Shown here in pieces: positions 45,897-54,408 of a DNA stretch of 64,000 nucleotides. Both the position numbers and the translations under genes were made by a program. The notes beneath the pieces are model-generated. The model made no database searches. It was not told the origin of the DNA and was given only the letters and a program-made list of their open reading frames with translations. The stretch covers positions 10,974 to 74,973 of the forward strand of contig CAMQZC010000009.1 in NCBI GenBank assembly GCA_947039485.1. The letters are read 5' to 3'. The stretch comes from an uncultured Verrucomicrobiales bacterium. Lineage in GTDB: Bacteria; Verrucomicrobiota; Verrucomicrobiia; Verrucomicrobiales; Akkermansiaceae. Numbering within the stretch: position 1 is the stretch's first letter; each line of letters opens with the position of its first letter.

Positions 45897-46811
45897 ATGA
45901 GCAACACACACGAGCGAAAGCCATCTTGGATCAAGGTCAAACTCCCCAAGGGCAAGGTATTCAAGGACGTTCAAAAGCTGGTAAAGGGTAATGACCTCAC
46001 CACTGTTTGCGAGGAGGCTCTCTGCCCCAACCGCGGCGAGTGCTGGAGTCATGGCACTGCCACCTTCATGATTGGTGGCGAGGTCTGTACACGCGCCTGC
46101 GGCTTCTGCGCCACGCGCACCGCCAAGCCCAAGCCTCTCGACCCCGAGGAGCCACGCAAGGTAGGTGAGGCTGTCGCTCGCATGAAGCTCAGCCATAGTG
46201 TTGTCACCATGGTGACACGCGATGACCTCGCGGATGGAGCGGCGGGACACGTTGCTGCGACCATCAAAGTCATCCGCGAGCTCAGCCCTGAGACCATCAT
46301 TGAGGTACTCACCTCCGACTTCAACGGCAATGAGGAGGCCCTCGCCACCGTCCTTGCTGCGCGCCCCCATATCTTCAACCACAACCTAGAGACAGTAGCG
46401 CGCCTCACGCCCATGGTGCGCTTTCGCGCGCAGTACAATCGATCCCTGCACATGCTCCAACGCGCCAAGGAGATAGCACCTGGCATGGTCGCCACCAAGA
46501 GCGGCATCATGCTCGGACTTGGCGAGAGTCGCGAGGAGCTACTCTCCAGCATGGACGACCTGCTCGCCCATGGTGTCACCATCCTCACCCTCGGTCAATA
46601 CCTGCGCCCCAGCCCCAAGCATATACCCGTCATCCGCTACCTCAAGCCCGAGGAGTTCGATGAGCTGCGTGAGATTGCTCTGAGCAAGGGATTCCGTCAG
46701 GTGGCTAGTGGCCCCCTCATCCGCAGCTCACACCACGATGCAAACTTCCGCCCCGAGCTCGAAATCATCAAAGCCATCCAAGCAGACATCGAGCAAAACT
46801 CACAATCTTAA
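45897..46811 (+). CDS. lipA: Lipoyl synthase
   Basis: N-terminal cluster CEEALCPNRGECW. Radical-SAM CTRACGFCAT. SGIMLGLGE. Confidence 0.95.
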   Translation: MSNTHERKPSWIKVKLPKGKVFKDVQKLVKGNDLTTVCEEALCPNRGECWSHGTATFMIGGEVCTRACGFCATRTAKPKPLDPEEPRKVGEAVARMKLSHSVVTMVTRDDLADGAAGHVAATIKVIRELSPETIIEVLTSDFNGNEEALATVLAARPHIFNHNLETVARLTPMVRFRAQYNRSLHMLQRAKEIAPGMVATKSGIMLGLGESREELLSSMDDLLAHGVTILTLGQYLRPSPKHIPVIRYLKPEEFDELREIALSKGFRQVASGPLIRSSHHDANFRPELEIIKAIQADIEQNSQS

Positions 46812-46867
46812 AAAAGAAAACCTTGTTTTACATATTTGTTAAACATAAATGTAACATTTAATATTTA

Positions 46868-46885
46868 TTTTACAAATTTGTAAAA
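46868..46885. promoter_or_regulatory. 18-bp perfect palindrome TTTTACAAATTTGTAAAA, candidate activator/operator site upstream of glnN
   Basis: Read directly from the sequence. Its centre lies about 88 bp upstream of the -24 GG of the sigma-54 promoter. Related half-sites are ttttaca (46826-46832) and tgtaaca (46850-46856). Confidence 0.5.
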
Positions 46886-46962
46886 CTCAAATCACAAGCA
46901 AGAGCTCGTGATATTCAAACAATCCAATTACTAACAGCATCTTAGCACCGAGCCAACAAAGT

Positions 46963-46978
46963 TGGCACGCTATTTGCA
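46963..46978 (+). promoter_or_regulatory. Sigma-54 (RpoN) -24/-12 promoter of glnN
   Basis: TGGCAC-gctat-TTGCA. GG at 46964-65 and GC at 46976-77 have the canonical 12-nt register and match TGGCAC-N5-TTGCW exactly. It lies about 50 nt upstream of the glnN ATG (47029). Confidence 0.75.
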
Positions 46979-47028
46979 TATATACTTACAGAGCCCAAAG
47001 CTCAACCATCCCCCAATCACACAAATTT

Positions 47029-49134
47029 ATGGCAACAGAAACCAAGCTCAGCCCCGCCGAAGCGCTCGCCGCCCTCTACGGCAGCGACACCTTTAGCATC
47101 TCAACCATGCAAAAGTATCTCTCCAAAGGAGCATACAAGAAAATCATGCTCACTATCCAGCACGGTGGTAAGCTCGATCCCAGCATTGCGGATGAGGTTG
47201 CTCAAGCAATGATGGTATGGGCTATGGAAAAGGGCGCCACTCACTACACACACTGGTTCCAACCTCTCTCCGAAGCCACCGCAGAAAAGCATGACTCCTT
47301 TGTCGAGCCTGACCGCAAGGGCGGCATGATCTGTGAGTTCACAGGCAAGACCCTCATCCAAGGTGAGACTGACGGCTCCTCCTTCCCCTCTGGCGGCATC
47401 CGTGCCACCTTTGAGGCTCGCGGCTACACCGCATGGGACCCTACCTCCCCCGCCTTCATCAAGCGCACGGAGCACACCGCTACACTCTGCATCCCTACAG
47501 CCTTCTGCTCCTACACAGGTGAAGCACTTGATAAAAAGACCCCCCTGCTGCGCTCCATGGCGGCAGTCTCCAAGCAGGCCTCACGCCTCCTTGACTGCTT
47601 TGGCGTCCAGCACAGTCAGGTCGCGAGCGATCTTGGTGCTGAGCAAGAGTACTTCCTCATCGACCGCAATCTCTACATCCAGCGCCCCGACCTCATCGAG
47701 ACAGGTCGCACCCTCTTTGGCGCACTGCCACCAAAGCACCAGCAAATGGAAGATCACTACTTTGGCTCTATCAAGGAGCGCGTGCTTGAGTTCATGGCCT
47801 CCGTCGATGAGCGTCTTTGGACACTGGGCGTCCCCTCCAAGACACGCCACAACGAGGTAGCCCCAGGTCAGTTTGAGCTCGCCCCCCTCTATGAGCCATG
47901 CAATGTCGCCGTTGACCACAACGTCATGATCATGGACGTACTCCAACGCCAAGCCCTCAAGCACGGCCTCGTCTGCCTCCTCCATGAGAAGCCCTACACA
48001 GCCGTCAACGGCTCAGGCAAGCACAACAACTGGTCACTGGGCACGCCCGAGCACGGCTCCCTGCTCAGCCACGGCAAGAGCCCCCATAGCAACCGCCTTT
48101 TCCTCGCGCTGCTCGCCTGCATCATCAAGGGTATAGACAAGCACGCTGATCTCCTGCGCTCCACCATCTCCAAGGCCGGCAACGACCACCGCCTCGGTGC
48201 GAGCGAAGCCCCCCCAGCCATCATCTCCATCTTCTTGGGCGATGAGCTGGATGACATCATCGAGCAGATCAAGAACGGTGGCGCCACCCACTCATGCCAA
48301 GAAACCACCATGGGATTTGGTGTTGACACCCTTCCCAAGCTGCCCAAGGACACCACCGACCGCAACCGCACCTCTCCCTTTGCCTTCACTGGCAATAAAT
48401 TTGAGTTCCGCGGCGTAGGCTCATCCCAAACATGCGCATGGCCCATGGCAGTCCTGAACACCATCGTGAGCGAAAGCCTTGATGAAGCATGCAGCTTCCT
48501 TGAGCCCTTTGCTGGCACCGAGCAGTTTAATTGCAAGGTGGATGAGCTCATCGGCAAGTTTATCAAAGATCACAGCCGCGTTATCTTCAACGGTAATGGC
48601 TACGCTGATCAGTGGATCGAAGAAGCAGAGCGTCGTGGTCTCCCCCACCTGCGCAACACCAAAGACGCCCTCCAAGTGCTCACCAGCGAGAAGAACCTCG
48701 CCCTCATGGAGAAGTACAAAGTACTCACCCGCGGTGAAATGGCTGCACGTGCAGAAATTCAAACGGAGGAATACCTCAAGACTCTCGACATCGAGGCTAA
48801 GACCAGCCTGAGCATGATTGAAACAATCTACATGCCCACCATCGCTGGACAAATGCATACCATCTGCTCCACGATTGCTAGCATGCAAGCCGCCAGCATC
48901 ACATCTGGCCTCATGGCCGCCACAGCCACAGCCAACGCCATCGGCGAGCTCTACGACGAGCTGCCTAGCAAGGTTGCGGCCCTCAAGCTTGCTATCGGGC
49001 AAAAATGCACTGACTCCATGATCAGAGCCATGGTCGACGCTCGCGAAACCATTGATGCCCTCGAAGCTTTGGTCGCCGCAGACCTCTGGCCCGTACCTAC
49101 CTATGCTGCGATGCTCAACATCCACAGCAAATAA
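47029..49134 (+). CDS. glnN: Glutamine synthetase type III
   Basis: 701 aa (GSIII size class). HYTHWFQPL, SFPSGG, NEVAPGQFELAP, LHEKPY..VNGSGKHNNWS, RLGASEAPP. Confidence 0.9.
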   Translation: MATETKLSPAEALAALYGSDTFSISTMQKYLSKGAYKKIMLTIQHGGKLDPSIADEVAQAMMVWAMEKGATHYTHWFQPLSEATAEKHDSFVEPDRKGGMICEFTGKTLIQGETDGSSFPSGGIRATFEARGYTAWDPTSPAFIKRTEHTATLCIPTAFCSYTGEALDKKTPLLRSMAAVSKQASRLLDCFGVQHSQVASDLGAEQEYFLIDRNLYIQRPDLIETGRTLFGALPPKHQQMEDHYFGSIKERVLEFMASVDERLWTLGVPSKTRHNEVAPGQFELAPLYEPCNVAVDHNVMIMDVLQRQALKHGLVCLLHEKPYTAVNGSGKHNNWSLGTPEHGSLLSHGKSPHSNRLFLALLACIIKGIDKHADLLRSTISKAGNDHRLGASEAPPAIISIFLGDELDDIIEQIKNGGATHSCQETTMGFGVDTLPKLPKDTTDRNRTSPFAFTGNKFEFRGVGSSQTCAWPMAVLNTIVSESLDEACSFLEPFAGTEQFNCKVDELIGKFIKDHSRVIFNGNGYADQWIEEAERRGLPHLRNTKDALQVLTSEKNLALMEKYKVLTRGEMAARAEIQTEEYLKTLDIEAKTSLSMIETIYMPTIAGQMHTICSTIASMQAASITSGLMAATATANAIGELYDELPSKVAALKLAIGQKCTDSMIRAMVDARETIDALEALVAADLWPVPTYAAMLNIHSK

Positions 49135-49167
49135 GATAGGCCAATAGATTCACAACTATTCATCATT

Positions 49168-49199
49168 CTGGGATCCTCATTTGAGGGTCCCAGTTTTTT
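49168..49199 (+). terminator. Rho-independent terminator after glnN
   Basis: 10-bp stem ctgggatcct / agggtcccag (one G-U pair), 6-nt loop, T6 at 49194-49199. Confidence 0.75.
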
Positions 49200-49280
49200 G
49201 TCGACATTTCGGCACAAAAAAGCCCCAATCAAATCATTGAGGCAGGTCCAAGAAGACGAGTCAGCCAGTGGAGCTGTCAT

Positions 49281-50933
49281 TTATAAATAGGGCTCCAGCG
49301 AGAGCAGCTGGCGGCGAATCTCACCCAATCGCTCCTGCAGAGGCGCGAGGGTCTCAACACGACGAGCCAACTCTAGGCGAGGCTCAGCATAGAGGCGGCG
49401 GTAGGCAGCCACACGAGCGACAATCAAGCGATGGAGAGGGTCTTTGAGCGACTGCTTGAGGCGCAGCTGGAGCGAATCCATCGCAGTAGCGAGCGCCTGA
49501 GCCGCACTCCGACTCACAATGAGCTGAGCCATGGAGGCATAGAGCCAAATAAAGGCAGCTATAACCAAGCAAGCTCCAGCCAAAAGAGGGAACGAGAAGC
49601 AACCAAGGAGAGATGCCGCTGTGATGCAGGCGCAGATGAAGATAAAGACGCTACACATCCAGCCATGCTGCTCATTGAGCACGAGGGAGAGTTGGTAGCG
49701 CAGCTTCTCACGCATCACACAAGTGAGCAACTCGTGTGCAAGCTCAGAGCGTAACTTGGACAAATCAGCATCCAGAGCCTCGCAGGAGAAATCGCCAATC
49801 TCGCAATGCAAAGCCTGAAGCACGCGGGGGCGAACCTCCTTCCAGTGCCCCTCACAGGCCAAGGCAAAATGAGCATCTGCGTCCTTCTGACGCAGCAGCA
49901 ACTCCCCGCAAATCAAATCAAATCCATGCTCTTCAACACGACGAGACAAACTCTCCAAGCAACTCAAACGCTCAGGCGTAAAGAAGAAGCCGAGCTCCGC
50001 ATGCAGATAGTCCTGCATCTTGGGTGTCTGAGCTGCAACCAGAGTGAGCAGCGCCTCCTCTAGGCTGTCCAAGCCCTGCAACTGACGCTGCAAAAAGTGA
50101 TCAATCTCCGTATCGACACTCGATAAGAAACCGCTATCGGAGCGATGTAAATTACTGCGTGCATGTAGAGCGAGCCCCTGACGGTGCATGAGAGCCGAGC
50201 TCGACAGAGAGAGAGCCTTGAGCTCTGCGCGCAGACCACTAGGCGCATGCAGCAACTCCTGCACCTGGCATACAAAGAGATCCCGACTCGTGCCACCCTC
50301 ATCCTGAGGAGCATAATGGATCGGCAGAGCATGCCCCAAGGCTGCATCTAAGCTCGACCTCAAGCGAGCTTTAAATTGCAGCACCTCATGAGAAGAAATC
50401 GTATCGGTAAAGCTCACCGCAATCATCAGGCGCGTCAGCACATCGGGCTCCAGAGTGCGGAGGAAAGACATACTCTCTTCATCCAAATCTGATTGACGAG
50501 CATCCGCACAGAGAATAATCACATCAGCCTCGCTCAACATCCCCGAGGCAAGGCTGTCGCGTAACTCCTCATTAGCCAAATCACAGCTATCGATGAACTC
50601 CAGACCCAGCTTATCATGCTGAGCCAAGAAGCGTGAGCGCGTCACATCACCATCCTCACAGCTAAAGCGCCAGCGAATATAGGGCTCTGAGCCCATGGGT
50701 GTAGCAGCCACCGCAGGAGAGGCAACCAGATGCGCGAGCAGGGAGGACTTCCCCGAGCCAGCAGTGCCCAGCAGCAAGATGCGACGATCGCGCTTGAGCC
50801 GAGCCTGTGCGGCAAGCACATCTGGGATTAACTCATCAACGGCAGGCTCCGCGATATCACAAGCCAGCGCTATCGACTGGTTAGACCAGTAGAGCAAAAG
50901 AGATTCTTGACTTCTATAACCGCGGCGTAGCAT
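49281..50933 (-). CDS. P-loop GTPase-like protein with C-terminal membrane hairpin
   Basis: Walker A LLLGTAGSGKSSL. Degenerate G3/G4 (FIDSCD, SFTD). Long helical middle. Two hydrophobic helices (WMCSVFIFICACITAASLLGCFSFPLLAGACLVIAAFIWLY). Family not identified. Confidence 0.55.
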   Translation of the reverse strand: MLRRGYRSQESLLLYWSNQSIALACDIAEPAVDELIPDVLAAQARLKRDRRILLLGTAGSGKSSLLAHLVASPAVAATPMGSEPYIRWRFSCEDGDVTRSRFLAQHDKLGLEFIDSCDLANEELRDSLASGMLSEADVIILCADARQSDLDEESMSFLRTLEPDVLTRLMIAVSFTDTISSHEVLQFKARLRSSLDAALGHALPIHYAPQDEGGTSRDLFVCQVQELLHAPSGLRAELKALSLSSSALMHRQGLALHARSNLHRSDSGFLSSVDTEIDHFLQRQLQGLDSLEEALLTLVAAQTPKMQDYLHAELGFFFTPERLSCLESLSRRVEEHGFDLICGELLLRQKDADAHFALACEGHWKEVRPRVLQALHCEIGDFSCEALDADLSKLRSELAHELLTCVMREKLRYQLSLVLNEQHGWMCSVFIFICACITAASLLGCFSFPLLAGACLVIAAFIWLYASMAQLIVSRSAAQALATAMDSLQLRLKQSLKDPLHRLIVARVAAYRRLYAEPRLELARRVETLAPLQERLGEIRRQLLSLEPYL

Positions 50934-51071
50934 CTAGAAGGGTATTATAATCCCTCAGGTCTCACTTGTCCAACGTAAATTACAACAGCAAACAGATGAA
51001 GCGACATAGCAGCAATATTTATCTTGATATCACCACCGCGGCATGCTAGATTGAGAAAATCATGATGAGTT

Positions 51072-51437
51072 ATGAATCATATATTGAGCAGTGCATCAAA
51101 GTTGAAGCGCAGATACATCTCCACGCTAGCCTTTTGCCTCATTTGCGCACTCCTATTCTTCTTTCCACGTAAGCGACGCAGCCGCTTCCTGCTATTCTTT
51201 TATGCTGCCTATAGTTGTTACCTGCTTTTTGACTGGGGATATCTCAAGATATTGCGAGCAGTATTTGAGCATCTAGAGTTATTCAATGCCTATGACATCA
51301 TCTACGTAACACCACTCGCTCTGATATCCGCATCAATCATCGGCTTGATCCATATCTACATCATCGAGAAACTCAGTCTATTGCTAAAGCCTCAGACAAA
51401 ACCTAGAGCGCGCGTTCGTGACGACGCCTTGTCCTGA
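51072..51437 (+). CDS. Hypothetical small membrane protein
   Basis: 121 aa with three hydrophobic segments. Its 3' end overlaps the convergent Sel1-repeat gene by 46 nt, so it may be spurious. Confidence 0.35.
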   Translation: MNHILSSASKLKRRYISTLAFCLICALLFFFPRKRRSRFLLFFYAAYSCYLLFDWGYLKILRAVFEHLELFNAYDIIYVTPLALISASIIGLIHIYIIEKLSLLLKPQTKPRARVRDDALS

Positions 51438-52270
51438 AGCTTGATGAGCCGTTTATTCCAAGCCTCAGCCTCCTGCAAGAGTGCGGGCTGCTTGCTCTTA
51501 CGCAGTAGCGTAATGAGCAATCTCATCGCCAACAACTCATCCTGACCTGCTGAGAGGCGCAGGTAGCGTATCGCCTTTGCCTCATCCTTGGGCACCAGCT
51601 CCCCATCAAAGGCGAGCAGCGAGCAGATGTAGAGAGCCTTCTTGTTACCCATCTCCGCAGCCGATTCATAGGCCTGCACAGCGCGAGCCGCATCGGGCTC
51701 TATCCCAGCAGCCCCACGCATCAGCACAAATCCTAGATGGCAGCTGGCCCGATGATAACCAGCCGCGGCAGACTCCCGCAAGAGAGCCATGCCCTCCTCC
51801 ACTCGTCCGCCCTGATCAATATAATCACGACCCAAGCGGAACTTTGCTTCTGCTAGACCAGCCTCGGCAGCGGCCATCCAGTACTCACGCGCCCGTGGCT
51901 TGTTCTGCTCTAACCCAGGAGCCCCCACATAGAGCAGATCTCCAAGAAAAAGCGCTGAGCCAACATGACCCTGAGCCGCCGCCTTACTAAACCAATGATA
52001 AGCGGCAATCACATCCTTTTGCGCCACCTTACCCCCCTCAAGATAAATCCCAGCCAAATCCGTCTCAGCCTTGAGATAGCCAGCCTCAGCCGCCTGATGT
52101 AGCAGGCGAGTCGCCTCCGTGTAGTCAGCCGAGCTCAGCTCCTTAGCCCTCAAAATATCCTGAGCCTTGGCATAGTAGTCATCGGCAGTCATAGACTCCG
52201 ATGAGTCATCGCAGGAGAGCTGAGTAAGAGCGCAAAGACTCATTGCAAAAAGTGTAGAAGCACGCATCAT
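51392..52270 (-). CDS. Sel1-like (TPR-type) repeat protein, probable lipoprotein
   Basis: Repeated A..G...A...LG..Y..G units (AAEAGYLKAETDLAGIYLEGG, AAAQGHVGSALFLGDLLY, AAEAGLAEAKFRLGRDY, AAAGYHRASCHLGFVL). Signal with LTQLSC lipobox when started at MMRASTLF. Confidence 0.8.
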   Translation of the reverse strand: MMRASTLFAMSLCALTQLSCDDSSESMTADDYYAKAQDILRAKELSSADYTEATRLLHQAAEAGYLKAETDLAGIYLEGGKVAQKDVIAAYHWFSKAAAQGHVGSALFLGDLLYVGAPGLEQNKPRAREYWMAAAEAGLAEAKFRLGRDYIDQGGRVEEGMALLRESAAAGYHRASCHLGFVLMRGAAGIEPDAARAVQAYESAAEMGNKKALYICSLLAFDGELVPKDEAKAIRYLRLSAGQDELLAMRLLITLLRKSKQPALLQEAEAWNKRLIKLQDKASSRTRALGFV

Positions 52271-52362
52271 CCCCCCCATGATAGCGCAGCCATCGAAGCT
52301 TAGCAAGTCGATATCAACATCAGGCTTGGCAAAATAAGCTAACAAGGCTATAGTATTGACCC

Positions 52363-52926
52363 ATGCAACGCATCAGTCGAAGCCTCCGCAGCATCTACCC
52401 CATCACTGATGACTCTATGGAGCAGCTTTGCGCCATTGCTAGGGCGATGGAGCTCCCTCGTAGACATTTACTCATCGAGAAGGGCCTACGATGTGGGCAT
52501 GTCTATTTCATAGAGCGCGGTCTGAGCCGCAGCTTCTGCCATATCGGCTCTGCGGAGCTGAGCAGTTGGTTCTCCGCAGAGGGTGACATCACCTTTGCAA
52601 TGAATGAGCTCTACCATGATATTGCAGGCTTTGAGAGCGTTGAGTTACTGGAGGATTCCCTGCTCTACGCCATTGCCATCCCCGAGTTTAATCAACTCAT
52701 TGAGCAGAATATAGAGTTTTGCAACTGGTCACGCCTCATCCATCAAGAGCATATCCTGCGCGTCCAGCAGGCGCGTATCGACCAAATCAGCCTCTCTACT
52801 GAGGCTCGCTACCGCAAATTCGTCCGCGAGCAGCCAGAGCTACTCCAGCGCATCAAGCTCGGCCATCTTGCTTCCTACCTAGGGATGACGGCCCAAAACC
52901 TCAGCCGCCTCCGCGCCTCCATTTAA
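52363..52926 (+). CDS. Crp/Fnr-family transcriptional regulator
   Basis: cNMP-binding-like beta-roll (GHVYFIERGLSRSF) and a C-terminal HTH (LGHLASYLGMTAQNLSRLRA). Confidence 0.8.
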   Translation: MQRISRSLRSIYPITDDSMEQLCAIARAMELPRRHLLIEKGLRCGHVYFIERGLSRSFCHIGSAELSSWFSAEGDITFAMNELYHDIAGFESVELLEDSLLYAIAIPEFNQLIEQNIEFCNWSRLIHQEHILRVQQARIDQISLSTEARYRKFVREQPELLQRIKLGHLASYLGMTAQNLSRLRASI

Positions 52927-53010
52927 GGAAGCTCAGGCATGCAGGGCGGGGCAACCTGCCACGCAAAGGAGAATATCCAGACGGAGAAACAGCCCGCCTC
53001 ATCTGGGCAC

Positions 53011-53044
53011 AAAAAATGCGAGGGACGCCGTAGCATCCCTCGCA
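53011..53044 (-). terminator. Rho-independent terminator after gap
   Basis: 9-bp stem tgcgaggga / tccctcgca with a 10-nt loop. The A6 at 53011-16 gives a T6 tail on the minus strand. Lies 36 nt past the gap stop. Confidence 0.75.
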
Positions 53045-53079
53045 GTGTAAAGTTTATCGGCTTGTGACCGAGATCAAAC

Positions 53080-54087
53080 TTAGGCGATGGAGTCGCCAAG
53101 CTTCTTCATAGCTTCGCCAGCGCGGTTGGAGTAACCCCACTCGTTGTCGTACCAGCCACAGATCTTGACCATGTTGCCACCGACGACGTATGTGAAGCCG
53201 GAGTCAAAGATGCAGGAGTGAGGATCAGAAACGATGTCTTGAAGTACAAGAGCTTCTTCGGAGTAGAGCATGATGCCCTTGAGAGGACCTTCAGCTGCTA
53301 CCTTCATGGCTGCGTTAACTTCAGCAACAGTAACGTCCTTCTTGAGGACAGCTACGAAGTCTGTGAGGGAACCTGTAGGTGTAGGAACACGGAAGGAAGC
53401 ACCATTGAGCAGACCGTTGAGCTGAGGCATCACTTCACCAATGGCCTTTGCAGCACCTGTGGATGTAGGGATGATGTTGATAGCTGCGGAGCGCATGCGA
53501 CGTGGGTCACTGTGAGGAAGGTCGAGGATGGACTGATCATTCGTGTAGGAATGAATTGTGCTCATCATGCCCTTTTCGATGCCGAAGCTTTCGTCAAGTA
53601 CCTTCACCATTGGTGCGAGGCAGTTTGTTGTGCAGGAAGCGTTGGAAACGATGTTGTGCTTAGCTGCATCGTACTGGTCATCATTGATGCCGAGGCAGAA
53701 TGTGAGATCAGGGTTACCAGCAGGAGCGGAGATAAGAACCTTCTTTGCACCAGCAGTGATGTGGCCTTGAGCCTTTTCGCGTGCTGTGAAGAGACCTGTG
53801 GACTCAAGAACAACGTCAACTTTAAGCTCTGCCCAAGGAAGGCCATCGGGACCTACGCGGTCACCAAGAATCTTGATAGAATGACCGTTGACAACGAGGT
53901 TGTCACCGTCAATTTCAACCGTACCCTTGAACTTACCTTGTGTCGAGTCAAACTTGAGAAGGTGAGCTGTGGTAGCGATAGGAGTAAGGTCATGGATTGC
54001 GACAACCTTTTCGAGTTCTGTCTGGGACATGGCGCGAAGAACATTGCGACCAATGCGACCAAAACCGTTAATAGCGTAATTTGCCAT
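53080..54087 (-). CDS. gap: Glyceraldehyde-3-phosphate dehydrogenase (type I)
   Basis: [14 protein letters not shown], catalytic [21 protein letters not shown]. Confidence 0.96.
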   Translation of the reverse strand: MANYAINGFGRIGRNVLRAMSQTELEKVVAIHDLTPIATTAHLLKFDSTQGKFKGTVEIDGDNLVVNGHSIKILGDRVGPDGLPWAELKVDVVLESTGLFTAREKAQGHITAGAKKVLISAPAGNPDLTFCLGINDDQYDAAKHNIVSNASCTTNCLAPMVKVLDESFGIEKGMMSTIHSYTNDQSILDLPHSDPRRMRSAAINIIPTSTGAAKAIGEVMPQLNGLLNGASFRVPTPTGSLTDFVAVLKKDVTVAEVNAAMKVAAEGPLKGIMLYSEEALVLQDIVSDPHSCIFDSGFTYVVGGNMVKICGWYDNEWGYSNRAGEAMKKLGDSIA

Positions 54088-54350
54088 AATATTGAGGATT
54101 GATGGAGTTTTTTAACTTGATTCCCGTAGCCTCAGAATAAGGCAACAGGTCTTGACTTATTCTACCGACACAATCTACCAGAGTCAATACAAATTTGCAT
54201 AAACTACGACTTTGCAAGCAAAAACACGAAAGACCCTGAATCGTCTCGCGGCACAAGAACATACACTCTCTTCAACTTTCTCAATTAGTGAAATCACAAG
54301 CAAGATGTCACAACAGTACTCTCCTTGCGAGCTCTCGCACACTATGACGC

Positions 54351-54389
54351 AAAAAAGCCCTCCGCACATGATGTAGCGGAGGGCTTTTT
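54351..54389 (-). terminator. Rho-independent (bidirectional-looking) terminator after the ABC-F gene
   Basis: 9-bp GC-rich stem gccctccgc (54357-65) / gcggagggc (54376-84), flanked by A6 and T5. Lies 20 nt past the minus-strand stop. Confidence 0.8.
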
Positions 54390-54408
54390 GATAGATATTC
54401 TCAAATAA

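Noticed and set aside
46884-46902. TGTAA-N8-TCACA element (tgtaaaactcaaatcaca) resembling TnrA/GlnR or CRP-type sites upstream of glnN.
   Set aside because: The spacing fits neither TGTNA-N7-TNACA nor TGTGA-N6-TCACA. It was treated only as part of the AT-rich regulatory region.
53218-54102. 294-aa plus-strand ORF opposite gap. The same applies to 42420..43010 opposite glyA, 48421..49125 opposite glnN, 45867..46382 opposite lipA, 56430..57083 opposite ppiB and 59190..59768 opposite rlmD.
   Set aside because: In every case the opposite strand encodes a protein with unmistakable family motifs. These frames show none.
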